64,000 nt of DNA from Candidatus Fervidifonticultor sextus (GCA_031459875.1 JAVKHQ010000004.1:1-64000); one strand, 5' to 3'. Positions 48,867-59,508 are shown, counted from the stretch's first letter. Numbers and translations are program-made. The notes: a model not told the origin generated them from the letters alone.

Positions 48867-49658
48867 TCACGGGTGTCGCGCGTCCAACAGCACGGCCAGG
48901 AGGTCGCCGACGCCGATGCCCAGGGTGTCGGCGGCCGAACCCGTGTTGACGGCGATCTCCAGCGTGCCGCCGCTGCCGACGACCACCAGGATCTCCTGGC
49001 CGGTGCCCTCCGCGTAGGTCCGCACCGCCCGCGCCGGCGAGCGGCCACCCGGCAGTTCGAGGGTCAGGGGGCCGGCGACGCCCCCAAGCCAGTGTCCGGG
49101 AATGTTGGTGATCAGGTTGCCGAAGCGGTCGCGGAAGATCACCTGACCTCGCACGGTCCCGCCGACCCGTTCGGGAGGATGCTCCGGCAGTTCGACCGGC
49201 GTCGCGGCCGGCGGTCCGATCTGCTCGAGGGGTAGCCCGCGCGCCAGCGCCGCGGCGGCAGGTGCGAACAGATCCCGGCCGTGGAAGGTCGCCGACATCG
49301 GGTGGCGGGCGAACCGCACCGGGTCGATGGCGAAGGCCCTGGGCTCACCCGCCGCCCGCGCGGCTCGCATGAGGAGGCCGTTGTCCGGCCCCACGAAGAC
49401 GCACCCCCCGGAGCCGACGGCGAGCGCCTGACGCGGGGTGCCCACCCCTGGATCGACCACCGCCAGGTGAATGGTGCCGACGGGAAAGGCCGGAGTCGCG
49501 GCCGCCAGCAGGTAGGCGCCCGCGGCCACATCGTGTGACGGGACATCATGGGTGATGTCCACCAGCCTCGCCCGGCAGGCCGACAGCAGCACGCCCTTCA
49601 TCTCCGCCGGATACGGCGACGACGCGCCGAAGTCGGACAGGAGCGTGATGATCCTCAC
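48867..49658 (-). CDS. SAM hydroxide adenosyltransferase (DUF62 family)
   Basis: ITLLSDFG, VVDPGVG, GPDNG, TFHGRD, DRFGNLITN. Confidence 0.9.
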   Translation of the reverse strand: MRIITLLSDFGASSPYPAEMKGVLLSACRARLVDITHDVPSHDVAAGAYLLAAATPAFPVGTIHLAVVDPGVGTPRQALAVGSGGCVFVGPDNGLLMRAARAAGEPRAFAIDPVRFARHPMSATFHGRDLFAPAAAALARGLPLEQIGPPAATPVELPEHPPERVGGTVRGQVIFRDRFGNLITNIPGHWLGGVAGPLTLELPGGRSPARAVRTYAEGTGQEILVVVGSGGTLEIAVNTGSAADTLGIGVGDLLAVLLDARHP

Positions 49659-50866
49659 CGATCCCCGCCGCAGAACCGCAGGATGACATCGGCCAGCACC
49701 CCGGCGCAGATGACCACCGAGCGGAGATCCACCCACTCCTCCGCCGCGTGCGCGCCGGCGCCTTGGGGCCCGAACATCACGGTGGGGATCCCTGCCTGCC
49801 CCAGCAGCGCCGCATCGAACCAGGGCGCATCGCCGACCAGGCGGGGCGGTTCCCCACGGACCGCGCGGACGCTCTCGACGAGCGCCCGGACGACCGGAGC
49901 CTCAGGGTCGATGACAAACGGCGGCCGGCTCAGGAGCAACTCCACCTGGCCCGCCAGACCCGGTGAGGCGCGTCGCGCCTCCTCGAGCAGGCCCTGGAGT
50001 TCTGCGAGCACGCCCTCGTCGCGCTCGCCAGGCAACGTGCGGCGTTCCACCTCGAGCACGCACCGATCCGGATAGGTGCTCAACCCGATCCCGCCCCGGA
50101 TCGTGGAGGCGTGGACCGACGCCCGTCCCAGCAGGGCGTGACGCCGCTGCGGCAGGACCTCGCGGTCCAGGCGGTCTAGCGCCGCGAGCACGTGCCCCAT
50201 GCGGACGATGGCGTCATCGCCGTCCTCGTGGCGGCTGCCGTGCGCGGCCCGGCCTGAGGTCTCGATGCGTGCCCACACGAACCCCTTGTGGGCGATGCAG
50301 ACGTCCAGTGCCGTGGGCTCGGTGACGATCGCGGCCTCGGCCAGGTCGGCGCCGCCGTAGCGCCTGACCAGGTCGGCCGTCCCCAGGCTGGCGTATTCCT
50401 CGTCGGCGACGAACGCCAGCACGACCTCCCCGGCCTCCAGGCCGGCAGCAGCCACGGCGCGGGCGGCCTCCAGCATGGCCGCCAGACTCCCCTTCATGTC
50501 GTAGGCCCCGCGGCCGTAGAGCCGGCCGCCGATGACCACGGCGGCCAGGGGCTCCCGCATCCCAAAGACGCCCACGGTGTCCGTATGGCCGTTGAGCAGC
50601 AGACGCCGGCCGGGCCGCGCTCCCCGGACGCGCGCCACCACGTTGAACCGGCCGGGCGCCACCTCGTCCAGGCGCACGTCGAACCCGGCGGCGCGACACT
50701 CCTCAGCGAGGAGCCGGGCGATGGCCCCTTCGCCCGCCGCGCCATCCACGAGGGAGGGATTCACCGAGTCCGTGGCCACCAGCCGACGCAGCAGGTCGGT
50801 GAGCCGCTCGCGGTTGACCCGCCGCACGTGCGGCGGGATGGCCGGTACCGAAGGTCGGTCAGGCAT
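49655..50866 (-). CDS. M20 ArgE/DapE-family deacylase
   Basis: NGHTDTV, GRGAYDMKG, DEE, TEP, GAHAAEE. Confidence 0.9.
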   Translation of the reverse strand: MPDRPSVPAIPPHVRRVNRERLTDLLRRLVATDSVNPSLVDGAAGEGAIARLLAEECRAAGFDVRLDEVAPGRFNVVARVRGARPGRRLLLNGHTDTVGVFGMREPLAAVVIGGRLYGRGAYDMKGSLAAMLEAARAVAAAGLEAGEVVLAFVADEEYASLGTADLVRRYGGADLAEAAIVTEPTALDVCIAHKGFVWARIETSGRAAHGSRHEDGDDAIVRMGHVLAALDRLDREVLPQRRHALLGRASVHASTIRGGIGLSTYPDRCVLEVERRTLPGERDEGVLAELQGLLEEARRASPGLAGQVELLLSRPPFVIDPEAPVVRALVESVRAVRGEPPRLVGDAPWFDAALLGQAGIPTVMFGPQGAGAHAAEEWVDLRSVVICAGVLADVILRFCGGDR

Positions 50867-52112
50867 GGCGCGCCTCCAGATGCCTGCGCGCGGCCGCGCG
50901 CGCGGCATCAACGAGCGCGGCCGCCGACGGCGCATCGGGCGCCGCCCCCTCCGCCGCCTCGGGCTTCCCCCCACCCCGGCCCCCAAAGCCCGCCAGCGCG
51001 TCCCGCAGGATGGCCGTCGCGTCCAGTCCGAGGTCGGGACTGCGTACCACCAGCAGACGGCGGTCGGGATCCGCAGCCAGAATGGCCACACACCGCGCGC
51101 GAGCGGTCAGCGCCCGGGCCAGGCCGCGGAGGTCCTCGATCGGCCGGCCGGCCAGGACGGCGCCGACGACGCGCAGGTCGGGCAGGCCGGCGCCCTCCTC
51201 TGGGGCCCGGACGGCCGCGAGCTGTAGACCCCCGGCCTCGCCGATGAGTTGGTCGGCCTCGGCCTCCAGGAGGCGGGTGCGGGCGTCGGTCAGGTCGCGT
51301 TCGAGACTGTGCAGGCGCTCCCGCAACCGGGCGACGGCCGAGGGGAGGTCGGCTTCGCCGGTCGTCAACTGCCCGACCAGGTCGCGCAGCAGCCTGCGGC
51401 TCCCGTGGTAGTCGCGCAGCACCCGCCACCCGCAGAGGAACTCCACCCGCACCCCGCCCTTGTACCGCTCCCAGCCCCGCACGACGACGGCGCCCACCCC
51501 GCAGGTGGTGCGGACGTGCGTCCCCCCGCAGGCCGAGCGGTCAAACCCCTCCACCTCCACCACGCGGATCCGCCCGCGAGGCTTGGGCGGTCGGCGCAGC
51601 CCCATCGCCTCGGCCTGTGCGGGCTCGACCTCGTGGATCAGCACCGGCCGGTTCTCCAGGACGACGGCGTTGGCCAGGCGCTCGGCGGACTCCACCTCGG
51701 ACGCGGTCAGCGCTGGCGTGGCCAGGTCCAGGGTGCAGGTCTGACCCATGTGCACGGCAATCGTCTGGGCGCCCAGCGTCCGGAGGAACGCCTGCGAGAG
51801 GATGTGCTGGCCGGTGTGCTGCTGCATGTGGTCGAACCGCCGCTCCCAGTCAATGCGGCCGTGCACGCGGTCGCCGGCCTGCAGAGCCCCGGACGCCTCC
51901 AGAACGTGCCAGATCTCGTCGTCTTCCTCCCGCACATCCAGGACGCGGCGACCGGCCAGTTGGCCCCGGTCGCAGGGCTGCCCGCCTGCGGCGGGATAGA
52001 AGGCCGTCCGGTCGAGGGCGACGGCCAGCCCGCCGTCCGCGGCGCGGACCGCCGTCACGGCCGCCTCGAACTCGCGGAGGTAGGCGTCCTGGTGGTAGAG
52101 CCGCTGCGTCAT
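50859..52112 (-). CDS. AlaX-type alanyl-tRNA editing protein with DHHA1 domain
   Basis: HMQQHTGQHILS, ACGGTH, GGRGGGK. Confidence 0.9.
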   Translation of the reverse strand: MTQRLYHQDAYLREFEAAVTAVRAADGGLAVALDRTAFYPAAGGQPCDRGQLAGRRVLDVREEDDEIWHVLEASGALQAGDRVHGRIDWERRFDHMQQHTGQHILSQAFLRTLGAQTIAVHMGQTCTLDLATPALTASEVESAERLANAVVLENRPVLIHEVEPAQAEAMGLRRPPKPRGRIRVVEVEGFDRSACGGTHVRTTCGVGAVVVRGWERYKGGVRVEFLCGWRVLRDYHGSRRLLRDLVGQLTTGEADLPSAVARLRERLHSLERDLTDARTRLLEAEADQLIGEAGGLQLAAVRAPEEGAGLPDLRVVGAVLAGRPIEDLRGLARALTARARCVAILAADPDRRLLVVRSPDLGLDATAILRDALAGFGGRGGGKPEAAEGAAPDAPSAAALVDAARAAARRHLEARHA

Positions 52113-55066
52113 CCGCTCACCCCCCCTGGTGCAGGGACATCAGGCCGGGACGCCCGGGCCATGGCGTCCGCCAGGACCTCCACCAGGTGCTTCGCCCGCC
52201 GGCCCGTCCCGTGGGCGATCTGCTGCCGGCACGAGACGCCCATCGCCACGACCTCGGCGTCGGCGGGCAGCCGCCGCACCGCGGGCAGCAGCCGGCGCTC
52301 GCCGATGGCCATGGACAACGCGTAGTGCTCGCGCTCGAAGCCGAACGAGCCGGCCATCCCGCAGCAGCCGGAATCCACCTCCTCCACCTCAAACCCGGCG
52401 GCACGGAGCACGCCCACAGCGGCGCGGGTCCCCACGATCGCCTTCTGGTGGCAGTGGCCGTGGAAGAGCACCCGGCGCCCGCCGGCCGCCAGAGACATCG
52501 GCCGCCCCCCATCGGCGCGGGATCCGGGCCAGCCGTGCGCCTGCACGTGATGGGCCAGGAACTCGTCGATGAGCAGGGTGTGGTCCGCCACGAGCCGCGC
52601 CTGGGGCCCCGGGACCAGGTCTGGAACTTCATCCCGGAATGTCAGGATGCAGGACGGCTCGCAGCCGACGATCGAGACGCCGGCCCGGGCAAAGGGGAAC
52701 AGGCGCTGGAGGTTGGCCTGTGCGTGCGCTTTCGCGCTCCGAAGCAGCCCCTTGCTGATCATCGGCCGGCCGCAGCAGTCCACCGTCGGGACGATGACCG
52801 CGTAGCCAAGCCCTTCCAGCACCGAAACCGCGGCGCGGCCGATCCCGGGATCGTTGTAGCGCAGGAACGTGTCGGCGAAAAGGACGACCTGCGGCGGGGC
52901 GCCGCCTGCCGGCGACCGTGCGGCCAGGTGCCGGGCCCACCAGGCGTCGAACGTGGGGCGGGCAAACGTCGGCAGCGGTCGGCGCCGGTCGATGCCGGCT
53001 GCGCGCTCCAGCAACCACCGGGCAGGGGTCGACTGCACCAGCCACGTGGAGACGGGCGCCAGGCGGGTTCCCAGGCGGTTGAGCCGGTGGATGCCCCCGA
53101 AGAGGCGGACGCGCAGCGGCGCGCCGTGGGCCTCGTGGTATCCGGCCAGGAACTCGTACTTCAGTTTGGCCATGTCCACGTTGGCCGGGCACTCGGCCTT
53201 GCACCCCTTGCACTCCAGACACAGGTCCAGGGCGTCGTAGAGGCGGCGGCCGGTCAACTCGGAGGGCGGCAGGCCCCCCGACAGCACCGCGCGCAGGAGG
53301 TTGGCCCGGCCCCGCGTCGAGTGTTCCTCCTCCCGCGTGACCATGTAGGAGGGGCACATCGTCCCCTCGGTGGTCTTGCGGCAGGCGCCAATCCCGCTGC
53401 ACAGTTCGACCGCCGCCGCCATCCCGCCGTCGGCACTCCAGTCGAAGTGTGTCCGGACGGACAGCGTCCGGTACGACGGCCCGTAGCGCAGGCCCTCGGT
53501 CATGGCCGGGGCCTCGACGATCTTGCCGGGGTTCATCACCCCCTGGGGATCGAAGGCCGCCTTGATGGCGCGGAACGCCTGGTAGAGCCTGGGGCCGAAG
53601 AACCGCTCGACGAACCAGCCGCGCACAATGCCGTCGCCGTGCTCGCCGCTCATCGTCCCGCCGAACTCGATGACCAGGTCCCCGACGGCCTCGGCGACCG
53701 CCTGCATGGTGGCGATCTGCCGCGCGTCCTTGAGGTCCAGAAGGGGCCGGACGTGGAGGCAGCCGACGCTGGCGTGGGCGTAGAAGGCCGCGCGCAGCCC
53801 GTGGCGGTCGAGCACCTCGCGGAACCGGCGGATGTAGGGCGCCAGGCGCTCCGGGGGCACCGCGGTGTCCTCGACGAAGGCGATCGGCTTGGCATCGCCC
53901 TTGATCCCCTGCAGGAGCCCCTGGCCGGCCTTGCGCACCCGCCAGATGTTGTCCTGGGAGAGGGGGTCCAGCGCGCGGACGGTCGCGTACCCCATCCCCG
54001 CCTGGGCCAGCGAGCGCTCCATGGTGCTGAGCCGGTCCAGGACCGCGTCGCGCTCGTCTCCGGCGAACTCCACGACCAACAGCGCGTCCGGGTCGCCTTC
54101 CACGAAGGTCATGCGGCGCGCGTACTCCATCTGGGCCCGGGTCAACTCCAGGATCATCCGGTCGATCAGTTCCACCGCCGAGGGGCCGTGGGAGAGAATC
54201 GTCTGGGTCGCCTCCAGGGCCTCGAGCAGGTCGCGGAAGTGGACCACGGCGACCGCCGTGTGCTGCGGGCGCGGCACGATGCGCACCGTCGCCTCGGTGA
54301 CGACCGCCAGGGTTCCCTCCGATCCCACGATGAGGCGGGAGAGGTTGAACGGCCGCAGGAACATCTCCGGGAGGTTGTACCCGCTGACGCGCCGGAGGAT
54401 CTTCGGGTAGCGGCGGTCGATCTCGTCGCGGTTGGCCTCCGCGATCTCGAGCACCGTCCGGTAGAGACGACCCTCACGGGACGGCTCCTGCCGCACAGCC
54501 GCCAGCGCCACCTCGTCCAGCGGCCCGGGCGCGATCTCCGTGCCGTCGGCGAGCAGCGCGCGCAGGCCCACCACGTGGTCGACCATCTTGCCGTAGACGA
54601 TGGAGCGCGCCCCGCAGGAGTTGTTGCCGATCATGCCCCCCAGCGTGGCACGGTTGCTGGTGGCGGTGTCCGGACCCAGCCGCATCCCATGCGGGGCCAG
54701 CGCGCCGTTGAGCACGTCCTGGACGACCCCGGGCTGCACGCGGGCGACTCCACGGCTCGGGTCGATCTCCAGGATCCGATCCATGTACTTGGAACAGTCG
54801 ATCACCACAGCCCGGCCCACCGACTGCCCCGCCAGGCTCGTCCCGGCGCCGCGGGGGAGCACGGGGACCCCTGCCTCGGCACACCGCCGTACCGTCGCCG
54901 CGATGTCGTCCGCGTCGCGCGGGACGACCACGCCGATGGGCAGGATCTGGTAGAGGCTGGCATCGGTGCTGTAGAGGATGCGGGAAACCTGGTCGAAGCG
55001 CACCTCGCCCCTGACGGAGGCGGCGAGCGCTTTCGTCAGACGGTCGAAGTCCCGGTCACCCATCAT
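52109..55066 (-). CDS. FAD-linked oxidase with Fe-S/CCG domains (YdiJ/GlcD-GlcF fusion type)
   Basis: RGAGTSLAGQ, GSEGTL, GEHGDG, CLECKGCKAECP, CCG motifs. Confidence 0.9.
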   Translation of the reverse strand: MMGDRDFDRLTKALAASVRGEVRFDQVSRILYSTDASLYQILPIGVVVPRDADDIAATVRRCAEAGVPVLPRGAGTSLAGQSVGRAVVIDCSKYMDRILEIDPSRGVARVQPGVVQDVLNGALAPHGMRLGPDTATSNRATLGGMIGNNSCGARSIVYGKMVDHVVGLRALLADGTEIAPGPLDEVALAAVRQEPSREGRLYRTVLEIAEANRDEIDRRYPKILRRVSGYNLPEMFLRPFNLSRLIVGSEGTLAVVTEATVRIVPRPQHTAVAVVHFRDLLEALEATQTILSHGPSAVELIDRMILELTRAQMEYARRMTFVEGDPDALLVVEFAGDERDAVLDRLSTMERSLAQAGMGYATVRALDPLSQDNIWRVRKAGQGLLQGIKGDAKPIAFVEDTAVPPERLAPYIRRFREVLDRHGLRAAFYAHASVGCLHVRPLLDLKDARQIATMQAVAEAVGDLVIEFGGTMSGEHGDGIVRGWFVERFFGPRLYQAFRAIKAAFDPQGVMNPGKIVEAPAMTEGLRYGPSYRTLSVRTHFDWSADGGMAAAVELCSGIGACRKTTEGTMCPSYMVTREEEHSTRGRANLLRAVLSGGLPPSELTGRRLYDALDLCLECKGCKAECPANVDMAKLKYEFLAGYHEAHGAPLRVRLFGGIHRLNRLGTRLAPVSTWLVQSTPARWLLERAAGIDRRRPLPTFARPTFDAWWARHLAARSPAGGAPPQVVLFADTFLRYNDPGIGRAAVSVLEGLGYAVIVPTVDCCGRPMISKGLLRSAKAHAQANLQRLFPFARAGVSIVGCEPSCILTFRDEVPDLVPGPQARLVADHTLLIDEFLAHHVQAHGWPGSRADGGRPMSLAAGGRRVLFHGHCHQKAIVGTRAAVGVLRAAGFEVEEVDSGCCGMAGSFGFEREHYALSMAIGERRLLPAVRRLPADAEVVAMGVSCRQQIAHGTGRRAKHLVEVLADAMARASRPDVPAPGGVSG

Positions 55067-55095
55067 CAGGCGCGAGCGGCCCACACGGTTCGTCG

Positions 55096-56277
55096 TCAGG
55101 CGTGCAGCGCCAGGTGCTGCGCCAGCAGGAACTCCTGGCAGGCCGCCACCCCGGCACCCGGCGGGACCGCCACGCCGGCCATCCGGAGCGCCAGTTCGGT
55201 GCCGCCGACCGTGGCGATGACCTCCAGGTCGCCGAGCGCGCCCAGGTGGCCGATCCGGAAGACCCGGCCCTTCAGACGTCCCAGGCCCGTGCCCAATGAC
55301 AGATTGAGCCGCTCGGCGGCCCGGAGCACGTCGTCGGCGCTGGCAGTCTGGGGCACCACGACGGCCGTCAGGGTGTTCGAGTACTCCGCAGGGTCTTCAC
55401 AGAGGATCGAGAGTCCCCAGGCCCGGACCGCGCGGCGCACGGCCTCGGCCAGCCGCGCATGCCGGGCCAACACCTGCGGCAGGCCCTCCTCCAGCAGCAT
55501 GCGCAGTGCCTCGCGCAGGCCGTAGAGCAGCAGCGTCGCCGGCGTGTAGGGGAAGTACCCGCGGCGCATCTCCTCAATCACCGGCCGCCAGTCGAAGAAG
55601 TACCGGGGGGCGCCGGCCCGGGCGCTCTCGGCGAGGGCCCGCGGGCTGACGCAGAGGATGGCCATCCCCGGCGGCAGCATCAGCCCCTTCTGGGAGCCGG
55701 TCAGCGCCACGTCCACGTCCCACTCGTCGAAACGGAAGTCGATGCTGCCAAGCGCACTGACCACGTCCACCAGCAGGAGGGCCGGGTGTCCGGCCGCCCG
55801 CATGGCGTCCCGGATCGCCTTGAGATTGGACGTGACCCCGGTCGACGTCTCGTTGTGGACCACCAGCACGGCCCGGATCCGATGGCCGGGATCCCGAGAC
55901 AGTCGATCGTACACGAGATCGGAGGGGACCCCGCGGGTCCAGGGGAGGTCGACCTCGTCCACCACGGCCCCCACACGCCGCGCGCATTCCGCGTAGAGGT
56001 GGCTGAAGTGTCCGGTGTTGAAAGCCAGGACGCCGTCGCCCGGACTGAGGGTGTTCACAATGGAGGCTTCCCAGGCGCCTGTCCCAGAGCCAGGATAGAG
56101 GACGATCTCGCCGCGGGACGTCTGGAACACCTGCCGCAGCCCGTCGACCACCTCCCCGACCAGCGCCGGGAGTTCGGGGCCGCGGTGATCGGGCACGGGC
56201 CGGTCCATGGCCCGCAGCACACGGTCGGGCACGTTCGTCGGTCCCGGGATCTGGAGAAAGTGCCGGCCCGCTCTCAT
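55096..56277 (-). CDS. Class V aminotransferase (serine-glyoxylate type)
   Basis: GRHFLQIPGPTNVP, VHNETSTG, GSQKGLMLPPG, FRIGHLG. Confidence 0.9.
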   Translation of the reverse strand: MRAGRHFLQIPGPTNVPDRVLRAMDRPVPDHRGPELPALVGEVVDGLRQVFQTSRGEIVLYPGSGTGAWEASIVNTLSPGDGVLAFNTGHFSHLYAECARRVGAVVDEVDLPWTRGVPSDLVYDRLSRDPGHRIRAVLVVHNETSTGVTSNLKAIRDAMRAAGHPALLLVDVVSALGSIDFRFDEWDVDVALTGSQKGLMLPPGMAILCVSPRALAESARAGAPRYFFDWRPVIEEMRRGYFPYTPATLLLYGLREALRMLLEEGLPQVLARHARLAEAVRRAVRAWGLSILCEDPAEYSNTLTAVVVPQTASADDVLRAAERLNLSLGTGLGRLKGRVFRIGHLGALGDLEVIATVGGTELALRMAGVAVPPGAGVAACQEFLLAQHLALHA

Positions 56278-56363
56278 CGGCGCCACCGCTTCCGGCTGCG
56301 GTGCTGTTCGTGGTGCGGGGGGGCGGTCTCCTGCAGCGACCGCCCGCGCCGCATGCGCGCGTG

Positions 56364-56392
56364 TTGACAGCGCCTCGGGCTCGTGCTACCGT
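56364..56392 (+). promoter_or_regulatory. Sigma-70 promoter of the cold-shock gene
   Basis: TTGACA-N17-TACCGT with TG extension. Confidence 0.65.
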
Positions 56393-56457
56393 CGTCGGGA
56401 CAGGTACGACGTGCAAGCGGCGCATCTGGATATCACCCAGGAAGGGACGTGCAGTAG

Positions 56458-56658
56458 ATGGTGACAGGAACGGTCAAGTGGTTCAACGCGGAGAAGGGCT
56501 ACGGGTTCATCTCCGTGGAGGGCGGCAAGGACGTCTTCGTGCACTACTCGGCGATCCGGGCGGACGGGTTCCGCAGCCTCCAGCAGGGGCAGCAGGTCCG
56601 GTTCGAAATCGTCGAGGGTCAGAAGGGTCCGCAGGCCGCCAACGTCACGATCCTCTAG
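56458..56658 (+). CDS. csp: Cold-shock protein
   Basis: [32 protein letters not shown]. Confidence 0.96.
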   Translation: MVTGTVKWFNAEKGYGFISVEGGKDVFVHYSAIRADGFRSLQQGQQVRFEIVEGQKGPQAANVTIL

Positions 56659-56804
56659 CCGACGCGAGATCGTTGGGCCACGCGCGGCCCCGGGCACCCT
56701 GCCCGGGGCCGCGCCGTCTGTGCGGTTCGTTGCCTGCCGCAGGAGGCCCTGATACAATCAATATGCTCCACCCGTCAGTACGGCGTCCACGATGGGGAGG
56801 CCGG

Positions 56805-57068
56805 ATGCCGGACCTCGCGGAACTCCTGGACCTCGTCATCCGACTGCTGAGCCTGTTCATCTTCGTCCACGTCATCCTCTCGTGGATCCCGGGCATACGG
56901 CCAGACCATCCGGTGGCGCGGGCCGTGCACCAGGTGGTGGCTCCCATCCTGAACCCGATCCGTCGGCTCATGCCCCCGGCGGGCGGGCTCGATCTCTCGC
57001 CGATCGTGGCGATCATGCTGCTCTACCTGGTGCGGACGCTGCTGGGGGAGGTCCTACAGGGGTTCTAG
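56805..57068 (+). CDS. YggT family membrane protein
   Basis: ILSW, PILNPIRR, GGLDLSPIV. Confidence 0.88.
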   Translation: MPDLAELLDLVIRLLSLFIFVHVILSWIPGIRPDHPVARAVHQVVAPILNPIRRLMPPAGGLDLSPIVAIMLLYLVRTLLGEVLQGF

Positions 57069-57096
57069 GCACAACGCGCACCGCGGAGGAACCGAC

Positions 57097-57339
57097 GTGG
57101 TCCAGGCTTATGTCCTGATCCGCATCCTGCCCGGCAAGCTCGCCGAGGCGCTCGCCCAGATCCAGAAGACGCCTGGGGTCAAGATGGCCCATGCGGTCAC
57201 CGGCCCGACCGACATCATCGCCTTCGTGGAGACCGAGAGCATGGACACCCTGGGCCGGCTGATCGTGTCGCGGTTCCAGGAGACCCCCGGGGTCACCCGC
57301 ACGACCACGTGCGTGGTGACCCCCGTCAGCAGCGCGTAG
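57097..57339 (+). CDS. Stand-alone Lrp/AsnC ligand-binding domain protein
   Basis: AYVLI, VTGPTDIIA, GVTRTTTC. Confidence 0.85.
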   Translation: MVQAYVLIRILPGKLAEALAQIQKTPGVKMAHAVTGPTDIIAFVETESMDTLGRLIVSRFQETPGVTRTTTCVVTPVSSA

Positions 57340-57345
57340 GGTCGG

Positions 57346-58512
57346 TCAGCGGTCCGGCCCGGGCAGGACGCCGATGGCGACCAGCGCCGGGATGGCCAGG
57401 GCCACGGTGGCCATCAACGTGGTGGTCAGGCCGATTCGGTCGGCGACGGCGCCGACCAGCGTCAGGGACACGCCCGCGGTGCCCCAGGCCATTCCGGTGA
57501 CCAGGCTGCTGGCCAGGCTCGCGCGGCGCGGCAGCATCTCCTGGGCCATGACGATCGCCACCGGCGCCGCCAGGTAGAGCGCGAACCCCCCCAGCGCCAG
57601 CGGCACCAATCCCCAGGCGCTCCGGCTCATCCCGAAGAGCAGCAGCAGCGGCGCGCTGGCGACCAGCGAGAGGCTCATCACCGCCCGCCGCCCGATCCGG
57701 TCGGCCAGCGCTCCCCCGGTGAGGCCTCCCAGGGCGCCGATCCCGCCGAAGAGGAAGACCGCGGTCCCGCCGACGACCAGCGACTGGCCCCGCTCCCGCA
57801 GGAGCAGCGGCAGAAACAGGATGTGGGAGAGGATGATCACGCTGCGCAACACGACGATCAGCCAGATGAGGGCCAGCGACCGTCCGTGCTCCTGGACGTC
57901 GCTGCGCCACCCTGCCTCGGGCCGCAGCGCCCGGACGTGCCACGATCGCGCCGCCCACCAGATGGCCAGACACGCCGCCACCCCTGGCGCCGCGGCCACG
58001 ACGGTGCCCCCCAGGCCCAGGGTTCCCACGACGGCGGCGATGTAGAGCGGGCCCAGCGCATAGCCCAGCTCGCCCCCGGCGACGAAGATCGACAGCCCGG
58101 TGGCGCGGCGGTCGGCGCTCACCGTGCCCGCCAGCGCGAAGGATTGGGGATGGAAGGAGGCCGTGCCGACGCCGGCGACCAGGAGCATAAAGAGCATGAC
58201 CGGATACGACGGTGCCAGCCCCAGCAGGCCCATCATCAGGACGGTGAGGGCCGGGCCGGCAATGGTGAACACCGGCCGGGCGATGCGGTCCGCCACGAGC
58301 CCGAAGAACGGTTGCGAGAACGCGGCCGAGACGTTGAACATGGTGCCCAGGAGGCCCGCCAACGCCAGCGTCAGGCTGAACTTCGACACGACCAGCGGCA
58401 GCAGGGGGCCCAGGAACGCGGCGTAGAGGTCGTTGGTGAAGTGCGCGAACGCCATGACCAGCACGCGCAGCCATCCCACGGCGGGGGACCTGACCGGGGG
58501 GCCGCCGCTCAC
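57346..58512 (-). CDS. MFS transporter (Fsr-like)
   Basis: HFTND, QPFFG..ADR, FHP, LADRIGRR. Confidence 0.88.
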   Translation of the reverse strand: MSGGPPVRSPAVGWLRVLVMAFAHFTNDLYAAFLGPLLPLVVSKFSLTLALAGLLGTMFNVSAAFSQPFFGLVADRIARPVFTIAGPALTVLMMGLLGLAPSYPVMLFMLLVAGVGTASFHPQSFALAGTVSADRRATGLSIFVAGGELGYALGPLYIAAVVGTLGLGGTVVAAAPGVAACLAIWWAARSWHVRALRPEAGWRSDVQEHGRSLALIWLIVVLRSVIILSHILFLPLLLRERGQSLVVGGTAVFLFGGIGALGGLTGGALADRIGRRAVMSLSLVASAPLLLLFGMSRSAWGLVPLALGGFALYLAAPVAIVMAQEMLPRRASLASSLVTGMAWGTAGVSLTLVGAVADRIGLTTTLMATVALAIPALVAIGVLPGPDR

Positions 58513-58528
58513 CAGGTCTCGACCGGCA

Positions 58529-59485
58529 TCACCGGCCCTCGTCCGGGATGAACACCTCGTTGGCGCCGCTGTAGCTCCCGCCCGGCCGCGGGCCGCCGCT
58601 GATCACGTAGATCCGGTCGCGCACGGCCACGGCCGCCAGGCCGTGGCGCGGGGTCGGCATCGGCGCCCGGGCGGTCCAGGTGTTCGTCGCCGGGTCGTAC
58701 ATCTCGTTTTCCGGATAGGTCGTCAGGCGGCCCAGTTCCCCGCCGAAGACGTAGATGCGGCCGGCCGCCACCGCGGCGGCGATGCCGCTGCGCGCCGTGG
58801 GAATCGGCGCGCCGGACACCCACGTATCGGTGGCCGGATCGTAGACCTCGGTCACGTTGACGTTCTGCCCGCCCCGACGGCCCACGAAGGTGTAGATCTT
58901 GCCGGCCACGGCCGCTGCGGCGTGGTGGTTGCGCGGCGTCGGGATGGGTGCGCGGCGCCGCCAGGTGTTGGTCGCCGGATCAAACGCCTCGGTGATCGGG
59001 GTGTCGGCCTGACCCGGTCCGGTGCCTGAGAACACATAGATCCGCTCGCCCGCCACTGCCGCCGCCAGGGCGCCCCGCGGCACCGCCATCGGCGCGCGCG
59101 AGGTCCACCGGTCGGCCGCCGGATCGTACTCCCAGACCGCCTCCGTGGGACTCCATCCGTTGACGAAGCCACCCAGGACGAAGAGCCGGCCCCCAACGGC
59201 GACCATCGCCGCATGGTGGAGGGGCACCGGCAGCGAGGCGCGCCGGCGCCAGGCGTTGGCGGCCACGTCGTACTCTTCCAGCGCGCCGGTGATGCCGCCG
59301 GGGACGAAGCCCCCGACGATGTAGATCCTCTCGTCGATGGCGGCTCCCGCGACCTCGGTCCGCTCGGAGAGCATCGGCGCCCTGGCCTCCCACCGTCCCA
59401 GGCCTCCGGGGCTCGAGGCGGCCGGTGCGAGACCGAGCGACGCGGCCAGGACTCCCGCGCCCAGCGCCGAGGCGATGGCACGCAT
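58529..59485 (-). CDS. Secreted Kelch-repeat protein
   Basis: Signal peptide; Kelch repeats YDPAT..W. Confidence 0.85.
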   Translation of the reverse strand: MRAIASALGAGVLAASLGLAPAASSPGGLGRWEARAPMLSERTEVAGAAIDERIYIVGGFVPGGITGALEEYDVAANAWRRRASLPVPLHHAAMVAVGGRLFVLGGFVNGWSPTEAVWEYDPAADRWTSRAPMAVPRGALAAAVAGERIYVFSGTGPGQADTPITEAFDPATNTWRRRAPIPTPRNHHAAAAVAGKIYTFVGRRGGQNVNVTEVYDPATDTWVSGAPIPTARSGIAAAVAAGRIYVFGGELGRLTTYPENEMYDPATNTWTARAPMPTPRHGLAAVAVRDRIYVISGGPRPGGSYSGANEVFIPDEGR

Positions 59486-59508
59486 GGGCGTCGTCGCGTC
59501 GGGAGGAC

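Noticed and set aside
48867..49658. Fluorinase/chlorinase
   Set aside because: The TFHGRD His/Arg motif indicates the SAM hydrolase (DUF62) branch.
51617..55525. 1302-aa plus-strand ORF (likewise the 951-aa ORF at 23330-26185)
   Set aside because: Antisense to well-supported minus-strand genes.
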